DNA of 64,000 nucleotides from Planctomycetota bacterium (GTDB lineage: Bacteria > Planctomycetota > UBA11346), in assembly GCA_038231435.1 (NCBI GenBank), contig JBBRLJ010000011.1, positions 32,001-96,000 of the forward strand, written 5' to 3'. Position numbers and translations under genes: made by a program. Within the stretch, counting starts at the first letter, position 1. The number at the start of each line of letters is the position of its first letter. A model generated the notes under the pieces. It saw only the letters and a program-made list of their open reading frames with translations. It ran no database searches and had not been told where the DNA came from. Positions 1 to 9,381 of the stretch are shown here, one piece after another.

Positions 1-582
1 GATGCCGGATTCGCTCAGTGGTTTCAGGTCGACCGCGCGCTGTTCGAACAGGCCAACGCCCTCGATCGCTTCGGCGATGATCGCATGCAGATAGCGTTTG
101 TTCTCTGTGACGCGGTGGTAATCGCGGTTCATCACCGAGCGCACCGGATCCCCGCCGAACTGCGGATCGACCGCGACCATGAGCGCCACCGCATCGCGCA
201 ATGCGCTCGGTAGCGGTTCCACGACATCATCGCCCCCGAGGGTGGCATTGGCGGGGGTACGAGCGGAGGCGGATCGCCAGACATCATAGACCAGGGTCTT
301 GCACGCCTCGATCTTGAGCAATGCGATCGGATCGGGCACCTGCCTGCCGGTAAAGTGCGCGTCCATCATGCGCACGGTCGTCCAGCAGGTGGCATCCTTG
401 CCGGATTCCTGGCTGATCGTCTCTGCCTGCAGCGTCTGCAGGGTGCGCTTCAGCCGATCGGCAGAGGGAGAGCGTACCGAGGAAGCATCCGGACCTGCCA
501 GGCGGGGGGGCGAGCGCGTCGCGACCGCCAACGCGATGGCGACCACGGCCAGCGCCACGACCGCCAGGATGACTCGACTCAT
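1..582 (-). CDS. Secreted or membrane-anchored hypothetical protein, partial (3' end runs off the window start)
   Basis: Manual translation from the ATG at 582 is open to position 1: MSRVILAVVALAVVAIALAVATRSPP...GKDATCWTTVRMMDAHF...; hydrophobic N-terminal signal. Absent from the ORF track because there is no stop in the window. Confidence 0.75.
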   Translation of the reverse strand, partial: MSRVILAVVALAVVAIALAVATRSPPRLAGPDASSVRSPSADRLKRTLQTLQAETISQESGKDATCWTTVRMMDAHFTGRQVPDPIALLKIEACKTLVYDVWRSASARTPANATLGGDDVVEPLPSALRDAVALMVAVDPQFGGDPVRSVMNRDYHRVTENKRYLHAIIAEAIEGVGLFEQRAVDLKPLSESGI

Positions 583-908
583 GGGATGCTCGAGCGCGGA
601 TAGTGCCTCGGTGCGTGCGTAGACTTCGACACGGCCCCACCGCCGTGGTGACCGACGACGGAGGAACGCGCGCGTCTGGTCACGAACCGCATCGCCGTCA
701 CTGTTGAACCGCTCGGTTCGCTGTCCATCGTGAGATGGGCATCGAGCCCGGTCCTGTCATGCCAACCTGCACGGCGTGTTTCACATCCTTCGTCGAGCCG
801 CGACGCGAGGGGATGCCGAGGTTGCGCGGGGCATGGATGATCGCTGGCGTCGGGCACCCCGGCTACGCCCGACCGCTGCTGATCGTCCGTACCTCGGGGA
901 AGGATCTC

Positions 909-1550
909 ATGAGACATGCCTGCTCGCTCGGAGCCATCGCACTCGGAGTGCTGCTGCTGTCGGTGACGGCCTGCGGCAGCAAGCCGGCCCCTGCGGTAGC
1001 GACGACGACATCCTCCACCGACCTGCCGGCTCGGGCCCCTTCGGCGCCACCGGCTCCAAACGGGCCCGAGGCCCAGAAGGCGGCGATCGAACATGCGATC
1101 GCCTTCGCGCAGAGCAAATACTCGGGAAAATTGAACTTTTCAGACCCCGTGGCGGTGTTCGAGCCTGCGCCTCCAGCCAGCACGGCCACCACCGCTCCGC
1201 CGCCGATGCCGCCACGCGGCTCCAGCAATCCCAGCCTCGCGCCCTCACCGCCTCCGACCGCGGCCGAACTCGAGGCGATGGGATTGAAACCTCCGACCGG
1301 ATACGATCCTGCCAAGGCGCCTCCACCCGTCGGCGGGCTCGCACCGCCAGTCCAGCCGGCACCGCGCACGGATCCGAAGAGCTATTGGCGGGTGATGTTC
1401 CGCCTGATCGCCCCGGCCAGCAGCGATTCCGGAACCCCTCCCATGACCACTCGCGTGTTCGCCGTCTATCCGAGCGGGAAGGTGGTCGAGCTGGAGCCGC
1501 TGTCGATCCCGGTGAACGTCCGGATCGGCGTGCATCCTCCGACCCCCTGA
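909..1550 (+). CDS. Proline-rich lipoprotein of unknown function
   Basis: GGAAGGA RBS-like sequence before ATG 909; signal peptide with lipobox-like LLLSVTA-C; Pro/Ala/Thr-rich body. Confidence 0.75.
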   Translation: MRHACSLGAIALGVLLLSVTACGSKPAPAVATTTSSTDLPARAPSAPPAPNGPEAQKAAIEHAIAFAQSKYSGKLNFSDPVAVFEPAPPASTATTAPPPMPPRGSSNPSLAPSPPPTAAELEAMGLKPPTGYDPAKAPPPVGGLAPPVQPAPRTDPKSYWRVMFRLIAPASSDSGTPPMTTRVFAVYPSGKVVELEPLSIPVNVRIGVHPPTP

Positions 1551-1695
1551 AGCCGTCCAGATCGCGCGCCGCCGCCTGCAACCCTGCGCTCCTGCGAATG
1601 CCATCCGAGCCCGCGGTCACCGCGCGACGAAAGGGGTGTGACGAACTGGCGTCGGCCACCCGCCGATCTCCTTGGCTGGCGCGAGACGCGGTATA

Positions 1696-1739
1696 TGATT
1701 GGAGCCGCTCATATCGCTTGATCGGAGCCGCTCATATCG
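1696..1739. repeat. 21-bp direct repeat x2 (TGAT[T/C]GGAGCCGCTCATATCG), 23-bp period, upstream of the pilin cassette
   Basis: Copies at 1696-1716 and 1719-1739, 20/21 identical. Confidence 0.85.
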
Positions 1740-1955
1740 ACGGGCCCCCTGCGCGGCGTGACGGAACATTCGCCGTTCGTTCATCGCCGTCAGAGGATGT
1801 TCCATCCCATGCACTTACGTGAACGCGTCCAGGGACGGGCAGGGACTGCCCCGAGTGCGGCGAGAGTCCGCTCGAGGCACCTGGGGAACTCAACGTTAAT
1901 ACGATTCAGCGCCGTCCGGTTGTCATTTGCTGAATCGTCTCAATCTGGGGCAAGC

Positions 1956-2687
1956 ATGCGGCAGCGAAGCGACGATCGGATCCCACCACCACCCCTCGCC
2001 CTCCCCGGGACGCATCGCCGGGGATTCACCGCCATCGAACTGCTCATCGTCATCGGCCTGATGCTCATCCTCATGGCCGTGGCGGTGCCTTCGGTGATCC
2101 CGGCCCTGCGCAAGGGAGCACTCAACAACGCGGCGACCGACATCACCTCGTGCTGGCGCCAGGCCCGCTACCTGGCGATGACGACCGCCATACCGAGCGG
2201 AATCAATCCCCCGCACTTCGGCATGATCATCCGCCAGGTCGCGGGCACCCGTCCTTACGTCGCCCTCATCTACGACAATGTCGACGCCTCGGGTCCGCCG
2301 AAACTCCTCACCACCGGAGAGGACCCCGACGATGTGACCACCTACGACTCGTCCAAGCCGCCGGTCGTGCAGTCCATCTTCAACCGCAATGTCATCGTCG
2401 CGAGCGCGGCACCCTCCGGTACCGTCGACACCAGCGACCGCACCATCGTCGTCTACGCGCAATACCAGACAGGCCTGCCGATCGCGCCGGCGGACGTGGT
2501 CGCGGGCCGCGGGATGGTCGCGGCGCCGACCAGTCTCGGCGTCTCGGCACCGTCGGCGAGCGCGTCCACGGTGTGCCCGGTCCTGAATCTGCAGACCCTG
2601 GATTATACCCAGGGCCTGCGAGGATACTGCCTCGGCCTCTCGTTGTATCATGCCGGCGCCATCGCGACCCGGTCCGTCCAGGAGTAG
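1956..2687 (+). CDS. Prepilin-type N-terminal cleavage/methylation protein, FimU/GspH-like
   Basis: HRRG|FTAIELLIVIGLMLILMAVAVP class III signal with Glu5, followed by a 'LNNAATDITSCWRQARYLA' helix typical of FimT/GspH-like proteins. Confidence 0.85.
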   Translation: MRQRSDDRIPPPPLALPGTHRRGFTAIELLIVIGLMLILMAVAVPSVIPALRKGALNNAATDITSCWRQARYLAMTTAIPSGINPPHFGMIIRQVAGTRPYVALIYDNVDASGPPKLLTTGEDPDDVTTYDSSKPPVVQSIFNRNVIVASAAPSGTVDTSDRTIVVYAQYQTGLPIAPADVVAGRGMVAAPTSLGVSAPSASASTVCPVLNLQTLDYTQGLRGYCLGLSLYHAGAIATRSVQE

Positions 2688-2691
2688 CGGC

Positions 2692-5600
2692 ATGCACGGC
2701 GCGAGGATACGGATGTCGCGTGGATTCACGCTCTTCGAGGTGATGATCAGTCTGCTGATCCTCACCGTCGCGATCCTGTCGACGCTGGCCCTGCTGCCGG
2801 TTGGGCTCAAGGCGCTGCAGCTGTCGCGCAGCCAGATGTTCGCGGCCGCGACCGCGATCAATCTGGGCAACAGCTTCCACAATGCCGTGCCCAAGCTCGG
2901 TCTCGGCCAGATCAGCCCCACCTACGTCATCCGCGCTGGCGCCCCGGCCAGCACCGTGGCGCCTCCCTCGACCGTCCCCGATTGCGGGTGGGCAGCGCAG
3001 ATGCGCAACAGCATGCTCCAGTCGTCGCCGTACCAGTACAACGCCGAGCAGGATCTCGGCGGCTGGTTCAAGGGCGTATTGCCGGTACCCATCCAGATCG
3101 CCCGTCGCCTCGACTCGACCAGCGACGAGATCCAGAACCTGCTCGATCAAGGCGGCATGCTCTGGTATCCGGATCCGAATTTCATGACCGGTCTCAATAG
3201 CGGCGCCGCCCTGGACAAGACCCTGCAGACCATGCCCAGCTCCGAGATCCAGAAGCTGGTGTTCGCCTTCGCCAGCCTGCCGCAGCAGAACCTGCTGACC
3301 TCGCATCCGGTCGAGAGCCTGCCGTGGTACGAGGTCTATCCATTTCCCCCGGCGTGGCTGTCCATGGAGGCGAAGGGCATCGAAGCGCGCAGGCTCGGCG
3401 ACTGCGCCGGACCCATCGGCGTCAAGACCGCGGTGACGGTACGCGGCCGTGGAACGGGCGATTGGACGTGGTGTGGAGGCATGGTGTCCTACGACGACGC
3501 CGGGCACTCGCGCTATGAACCGGTCTATTGGCGCGTGCCCACGCGCGAAGGCGCCGTTTCCGATCCGGTCGGCTGGGGCGCATGGTTCAACAAGGAGAAG
3601 CCGCTCGACGATCCCGCCGCATACAACGTCGGCAGCAACGGCGGCGCGAACGACTGGGACAAGGGCTGGTACCAGGGCTGCGCCTTCCACCACGGCAGGA
3701 ACTGGCGCTATTTCTCGATCAATCAAGGCGGCCTGTGGAAGGGCGGCAACGGCGTCGCCTCGGTCGATCCGTTCTATGCGGCGAACGCCGCGCAGTGGGC
3801 GTACATCTGCTTCCAGCGCCTGTCCGGTGGCGATGCGCAGTGGCTGGGCTGCCCGCGCGCCAACTATACCAGGACCATCAAGGATGATGCCGTGGGCACG
3901 CTCGAAGGAGTGCCGAACGCCTACACCACGATCATCGATCCGATCGACCCCCCACTCGCGGGCGGCGACATCGCTCCCGCCTGGAACAGCACGGTCGTCG
4001 CGGTCCCCCCCCAGAACGCATGGCCTGCGCACACGGCGGCGAAGTTCTGTAGGGCGGGCTGGCTGCCGATTCGTGGCCTGCAGGACAATCCCACCGAGGT
4101 GCGTTTCGACGACACCATGGGCAATTTCTATTTGGCGGATGGCAACCTGAACCAGGGAACCCTGGCGCGCACCATCCAGCCGCAGACCTGCAGACCGACC
4201 GCGACCTACGAGATGCGCGCGAATTACCGCGATCGCGCCATCGATCTCTGGCAGGCCGTGATGCCGTCGAACTCCGGCCTGACGACGCTCACCAAGAACG
4301 TCAACGCGCTCGTCGAGGTGGAAAAAGGCGGAACCATGGTCGATTGCGACAAGTACGAGTATCCGCCACTCGAGCTCAACAAGTTCAAGTTCATGCTGCC
4401 GTCACAGCTCGATGCGAGGGACTGGCCGATCCATCCCGCGCAGGTGATGGCGCTGAGCTACCTGGCGCACGCCGCCATGCTGGTGACCGGCTACAGCGCG
4501 CCGTTCGCGCAGGATCTCACCCAGTCGGCACAGGTGAACTCCATCAAGATCGCCTGGGAAGGGCTGAACTGGACGTACCGGAAGGGGCCGCAGGAGGCGG
4601 CCTTCACCGAAGTCGCGCCCGGGCAGGGCATCACCAAGGACGCCCTGATCGTGGCGGCCGACGCCGCGCCCGGCGCCACCACCATCACCATCAAGAACGA
4701 CACGTCCAATCCCTACGTCCTCTACCCAGGCGACGTCATCACCTTTGCCGAAAGCTACAAGCAATGGTGGTTCCGCTACGGCCTGCCGCAGCGCGGAAAC
4801 GGCGACATCTGGTCGTACCGTGAAGCTGCGACGATGGCCGGCGGCATCTACGACAATCCACCGGTGCTGTTCCCGAACATGAATTACCGGCTGCACACCT
4901 TCCGCGTGGTCTCGTTCAACGGCAATGTCGGCATGCCCAACGAGGTCGGGGGCAATTCCACGGTGAGCATCACCATCACGCCGCCGCTGCCCACTTATCC
5001 AGCGAATCTCAACGACGCGACCGCCAACCCGGTGCTGAACAACGGCGTGTCGGTGTTCGCCGGCAGCCAGATCCGTCGCTTGTGCAACGAGGCAGACCGC
5101 GCATTCGCCCGCAAAGCATACGAGATGTGCATGGCCTGGGCGCAAGCGTACTGCTCGGAAGAGCCCTACGATTGCGGCGCGCCGCGCATGGCCAACCATC
5201 AGACGATGATGGACAAGCCGATCGCCATGTTCGACCTCTTCTGGGATGCGGCCAATGGCGCTGCGAACAGCCCGAACGGCCGCGCCGTGCGCACGCCAAT
5301 GAACTACCAGCAATGGGCAAACAACCCGATGCGGTACAGCACCGAGTCGTTCTACCGATGGATGGTGCCCAACAACAATGTTCCGGATTCCTACTTTTGG
5401 AAGGGCATCGCACCGCTCCAGAATCGCCACGACATCTCGCATAGCGGCCCGACCACCTGGGGCGCTCCGGCCTGGGACATGATGACGCACAACGACCAGC
5501 TCAAGCCGCCCACTGATGGCAACGACCAGCAACGCTTCTGGGCAGTCAAGCCGTTCGCACCGTTTCACCGCTCGCGCCAACTCGCGTTCTGGTCGGTCGA

Positions 5601-6045
5601 TTGGAAGGCCTTCGAGGATGCTGAAGTGGTCCCCAGCGCGCCGGTCGACTACGCCAAGCAGAACATGCAGATCTACAATTACTGGTATCTGTTTCCCAAT
5701 GGGGGGCTGAACGCCGTGAACACCTTCTGCGGCATCCCTGAATCACTCTACGCATGGACGAATCCGCTACGCACCACGCGTTTCGTCGACGTGGCGAGCA
5801 GCGAGGAAGGCGGACAGTTGTGGCAGAACGCGCAGGGCATGGTCCCGAACGACAATCCGTGGGCCCCGCCCGGAGCGGACAAGGTCATCACCTTCGATAC
5901 GCGCATGGGCCACTGGGGCGCCGACCGCAACGGCAATGGCAAGCTCGACATCGGCCCCATCCCGAAATCTACCCGATTGAAGGCCGTCAAGGTGGCCGAC
6001 TTCAATTTCTACGATCCGATCATGCGCGTGAACGCGAGCAACTGA
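2692..6045 (+). CDS. Giant prepilin-type protein (~1,110 aa) with PilV/GspI-like N-terminus
   Basis: SRG|FTLFEVMISLLILTVAILSTLALLPVGLK; long N/W/G/P/Y-rich extracellular-type body; DRNGNGKLD Ca-binding-like loop near the C-terminus. Alternative start at ATG 2713. Confidence 0.85.
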   Translation: MHGARIRMSRGFTLFEVMISLLILTVAILSTLALLPVGLKALQLSRSQMFAAATAINLGNSFHNAVPKLGLGQISPTYVIRAGAPASTVAPPSTVPDCGWAAQMRNSMLQSSPYQYNAEQDLGGWFKGVLPVPIQIARRLDSTSDEIQNLLDQGGMLWYPDPNFMTGLNSGAALDKTLQTMPSSEIQKLVFAFASLPQQNLLTSHPVESLPWYEVYPFPPAWLSMEAKGIEARRLGDCAGPIGVKTAVTVRGRGTGDWTWCGGMVSYDDAGHSRYEPVYWRVPTREGAVSDPVGWGAWFNKEKPLDDPAAYNVGSNGGANDWDKGWYQGCAFHHGRNWRYFSINQGGLWKGGNGVASVDPFYAANAAQWAYICFQRLSGGDAQWLGCPRANYTRTIKDDAVGTLEGVPNAYTTIIDPIDPPLAGGDIAPAWNSTVVAVPPQNAWPAHTAAKFCRAGWLPIRGLQDNPTEVRFDDTMGNFYLADGNLNQGTLARTIQPQTCRPTATYEMRANYRDRAIDLWQAVMPSNSGLTTLTKNVNALVEVEKGGTMVDCDKYEYPPLELNKFKFMLPSQLDARDWPIHPAQVMALSYLAHAAMLVTGYSAPFAQDLTQSAQVNSIKIAWEGLNWTYRKGPQEAAFTEVAPGQGITKDALIVAADAAPGATTITIKNDTSNPYVLYPGDVITFAESYKQWWFRYGLPQRGNGDIWSYREAATMAGGIYDNPPVLFPNMNYRLHTFRVVSFNGNVGMPNEVGGNSTVSITITPPLPTYPANLNDATANPVLNNGVSVFAGSQIRRLCNEADRAFARKAYEMCMAWAQAYCSEEPYDCGAPRMANHQTMMDKPIAMFDLFWDAANGAANSPNGRAVRTPMNYQQWANNPMRYSTESFYRWMVPNNNVPDSYFWKGIAPLQNRHDISHSGPTTWGAPAWDMMTHNDQLKPPTDGNDQQRFWAVKPFAPFHRSRQLAFWSVDWKAFEDAEVVPSAPVDYAKQNMQIYNYWYLFPNGGLNAVNTFCGIPESLYAWTNPLRTTRFVDVASSEEGGQLWQNAQGMVPNDNPWAPPGADKVITFDTRMGHWGADRNGNGKLDIGPIPKSTRLKAVKVADFNFYDPIMRVNASN

Positions 6046-6049
6046 GCCC

Positions 6050-7876
6050 ATGGAATCCCACGCTCCCACGCGCCGGCTGCGCTCCCTGGTTCCGACCCTG
6101 GCACGACTTGGACGTGCTCGCAGGGCCTCCGGCGTTGAGGGCTTCACTCTGATCGAGATGATCGTCTCGATAGCCCTGGCTTCGATCCTCATCCTCTGCG
6201 CGGTGACCTGTTTCCGCATGATCTCGAAGGCAGTGTCCACCGCGAACGCCATCAACACCGAGAATACCATGCTGCGCACCGGCATGGAGCTGGCTCTCTT
6301 GGATGTCGACTACTGGCAGTCCTACGCGAACGATCGCCAGCCCTTCAACAAGGGCTGGACCCGGGTGCGGTCAGAACCGGACAATCCCGCGACGAATTTC
6401 ACCGACGAGTCGATGCGCAGACGCCCGTTCCAGCCGGTGCGCTATTCGCCGCGCACCGACTCCGCCGAACGCGACCCGTTTCCAGGAACGCACGGCAACT
6501 CGATTCCACGCCTCGACTACTCGATCTACAACTCACCGACCCCGACCCGACCGAAATGGAACGATCCCTGGGACGCGAGCGGCGACTACTGGAAAGACCC
6601 GTACAACCGCAACGACATGGTGCCGAACCCCAACGGCATGCTGGCACATGACCCGCGCTCGGTCTCACGTCAGACCCTGCGCCCGTTGCGCGTGCCCGAG
6701 TGGGAAGGCAATGACTGGGGAGCTTGCTGGCAGTTCGGATATCCGCGTCTCGCCGTCGGCGACTATACACTGGTGAACGCCTCCGACGCGCGTGACGTTG
6801 CCGGACAGCCGGATCCGCACTGGCCCGCCGGCAACAACGTCTCCATCCCGCTCGACCTCACCTCGACCGGCGCTGCCACCGACAGCTATCCCGATTCCGG
6901 CACGCTCGACATCCCGTTGGACAAGGGCTTGGCCACCTACCAGCCGCTGCTGTGGACCAGTCTCTACCACCGTCTGTGGTACCTGGGGCTGTACGAATAC
7001 ATGACGCCGGGAACGCCGATCTTCTTCAACGATGCGCGCGGCAATGCGCCCGACTGGTTCACCAGACCGATCGCGCCGATGAATCAGGCCACGTCGAACA
7101 CCTGGGGTTTCGATTACATCTGGGACCGCGACTGGCAGCTCGACAACAAGGGCTCGGGCGGCGGCAATGTCGACGTCGCGGTGCGCATGGGCGACACCTA
7201 CACGCCCACCAACGCCCTGTGGGGTGCCTCGCGCATCTCGGGCGGCTTGCCATTCCGACCGAATTGGCCCGAGACCAAGCTCTACTCCGCCAATGCCGAC
7301 GACAACCAGCACCAGTACCCGTTCAGCATCTTCTTCGGCAACAGTGGCTACTGGGGCGGCACCGAGGGCTACTCGACCGGCGTGTCGACCTGGGGCAACC
7401 TCCAGGGTTTCGAGCGTGGCGACCAGACGCGCAACGACTACGCGGTGCTCTCCAATACGGTATGGATGCCCTTCAATCCCACGGACGTGGAGCGCGCCGA
7501 TCCGGATACCGGCACAGCATTGAACCCCGGCAACAACATCCGTTCGACCCTGGGCAAGCTCGACTACGTCTCGAAGCCGCCCAACGCGCCGGTGCTGACC
7601 ACCACCATGTTTCGTTATCTGCGTGTCGCTGGGGCCGGCGATCTGACCGTGGCCCGCGTCAGCATCGACAACCCCGATGGTCACCGGGTGGAACTGACCC
7701 TGACGCCGTTCGGAACCACCTATCGCGGCGCGCGGCAGCACTGGCGCCTGTACAGCAAGGGCATTGGCGCGGACAATATCAATCCGCCGCTGCCGGCTTC
7801 ACGATTCAGCTTGGTCGACAAGACCTGCATCGGGGACTTCTACGATGAGACGAACGGGCCCTACTATGTTCCATAG
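6050..7876 (+). CDS. Prepilin-type protein, PilW/GspJ-like (608 aa)
   Basis: EG|FTLIEMIVSIALASILILCAVTCF class III signal; begins 4 bp after the upstream stop. Confidence 0.85.
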   Translation: MESHAPTRRLRSLVPTLARLGRARRASGVEGFTLIEMIVSIALASILILCAVTCFRMISKAVSTANAINTENTMLRTGMELALLDVDYWQSYANDRQPFNKGWTRVRSEPDNPATNFTDESMRRRPFQPVRYSPRTDSAERDPFPGTHGNSIPRLDYSIYNSPTPTRPKWNDPWDASGDYWKDPYNRNDMVPNPNGMLAHDPRSVSRQTLRPLRVPEWEGNDWGACWQFGYPRLAVGDYTLVNASDARDVAGQPDPHWPAGNNVSIPLDLTSTGAATDSYPDSGTLDIPLDKGLATYQPLLWTSLYHRLWYLGLYEYMTPGTPIFFNDARGNAPDWFTRPIAPMNQATSNTWGFDYIWDRDWQLDNKGSGGGNVDVAVRMGDTYTPTNALWGASRISGGLPFRPNWPETKLYSANADDNQHQYPFSIFFGNSGYWGGTEGYSTGVSTWGNLQGFERGDQTRNDYAVLSNTVWMPFNPTDVERADPDTGTALNPGNNIRSTLGKLDYVSKPPNAPVLTTTMFRYLRVAGAGDLTVARVSIDNPDGHRVELTLTPFGTTYRGARQHWRLYSKGIGADNINPPLPASRFSLVDKTCIGDFYDETNGPYYVP

Positions 7877-9344
7877 CGGGCCTCACGCCAGGAAACCGGC
7901 TCGCGCTCACGCCGGACCGAACCGCAGTGGCGCGGTGCTGATCATCGTGGTCGGCCTGTCGATGGTGCTGCTCGGCGTGGCCGTCAGCTTCATGGTGAAC
8001 ATGCGCTCCTCCGCCCAGGAGACGCGCTTCCTGCTCGGGGAAGCTCAGGCGCGACTGATGCTGCACGCGGCGATGATGTATCTCCAGGAATCCTCGCGCC
8101 TGGGCTGGGGCGAGGAGACCTACGGCTGGACGGACATCCGCGATGGCTCGCTCGGCCCCAGGCCGACCCGCAACTTCAAGTTCCGGACCGACTTCTCGGG
8201 TCTCGCCACCGGCACGCCCGTCGATGGCTCGCCAGACGGTAACTGGATCGGGGCCGCACCGACCGACTACAACATCCCGCCACCCAACTGGTGGAAGCGG
8301 ACGTGGCCTCGCTATCGCGCCTTCCCTGACGAGACGGACGTGCTGCAGTTTCCGCAATCGAGTTCGCGGTGCTGGCCGTGCCCGGGATCAGTCGGACGAT
8401 TCCCGATGGCCGTGCCGGTCCAGCCGCCGTACGCGACCCAGCTGCGTTACGCCTACAACCCGATCCGCCACGATCCGGCGATCCCGGAATACGGCAGCCC
8501 GGGCTGGGATCAGGTCTGGGATCCGACCTGGAACCCAGGTGACATCAATTGGTGGGCGGCCAAATCTCCCGGGTTGATCATCAATCCGACCTTCGATCCC
8601 GCGAACGGCTCGACCGGCATGCTCGATCCGCAGCCCCAGGCGGACTTGTGGCAGGATCCCGCATACGCGGGGTTGCCAGGCCAGAAGCCAGACTTCATCA
8701 CCGGCGCGATCCAGCCGGGCGTGACCCAGGGCGACTGGACGCACTTCGTCGACGATGGCTCGCCGCGTCCGCCGGTGAGCGTCCAGCTCGCGGTAAAGCC
8801 AGGCATGGAAAACACCTGCTGGTTCCGCATCTACCGTGAACTGCAGTTCGACCACGACAACGATGGCATACCCGCCTACGACCGCGTCGCTCTGTACGAC
8901 CCCAAGAATCCCGGGCTCAAGAACTACAACGTCTTCATCATCGCCTGCGGCTCCGGCGGGACGCGCGGCTACCGCTTCTGGGATGCCACCGACCTGGCGA
9001 ACTGGGAGACCAAGAACGGCCTGACGCCCGGAATAATCACGCGCGGGCAGGAATTCGCGAAGGACTCGCCACTGTTCGCCAGCAGCTTCGATGCCGAGTC
9101 GTTCCACGCGCTGCTCGCGAGCAGCCGCATCCTCTGGTACCGCGTCGAATGGACGGCCATGCAGGGCGGTGGCTGGGATTCGGCAAACTTCGGGTTCGTC
9201 GAGACCGTTGGCTGGAACGTCGCCTGGCAGAATCTCGAAGGAGCCTATCCATATGGCGGCAGCTTGCGCGGCTCGGCGCCAAAGACCTATGGTGGCAACT
9301 TCAAATGGGTGCAGCGACTCGACCACACGCCCCCGAACTGGTGA
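7866..9344 (+). CDS. PilX/GspK-like pseudopilin (no Glu5)
   Basis: NRSG|AVLIIVVGLSMVLLGVAVSF then 'QARLMLHAAM'; lack of Glu5 is characteristic of PilX/GspK; overlaps the upstream stop. Confidence 0.8.
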   Translation: MFHSGPHARKPARAHAGPNRSGAVLIIVVGLSMVLLGVAVSFMVNMRSSAQETRFLLGEAQARLMLHAAMMYLQESSRLGWGEETYGWTDIRDGSLGPRPTRNFKFRTDFSGLATGTPVDGSPDGNWIGAAPTDYNIPPPNWWKRTWPRYRAFPDETDVLQFPQSSSRCWPCPGSVGRFPMAVPVQPPYATQLRYAYNPIRHDPAIPEYGSPGWDQVWDPTWNPGDINWWAAKSPGLIINPTFDPANGSTGMLDPQPQADLWQDPAYAGLPGQKPDFITGAIQPGVTQGDWTHFVDDGSPRPPVSVQLAVKPGMENTCWFRIYRELQFDHDNDGIPAYDRVALYDPKNPGLKNYNVFIIACGSGGTRGYRFWDATDLANWETKNGLTPGIITRGQEFAKDSPLFASSFDAESFHALLASSRILWYRVEWTAMQGGGWDSANFGFVETVGWNVAWQNLEGAYPYGGSLRGSAPKTYGGNFKWVQRLDHTPPNW

Positions 9345-9381
9345 TCGCCCCCTCCCCGCTCCTCCGAACGGATACCTGACG

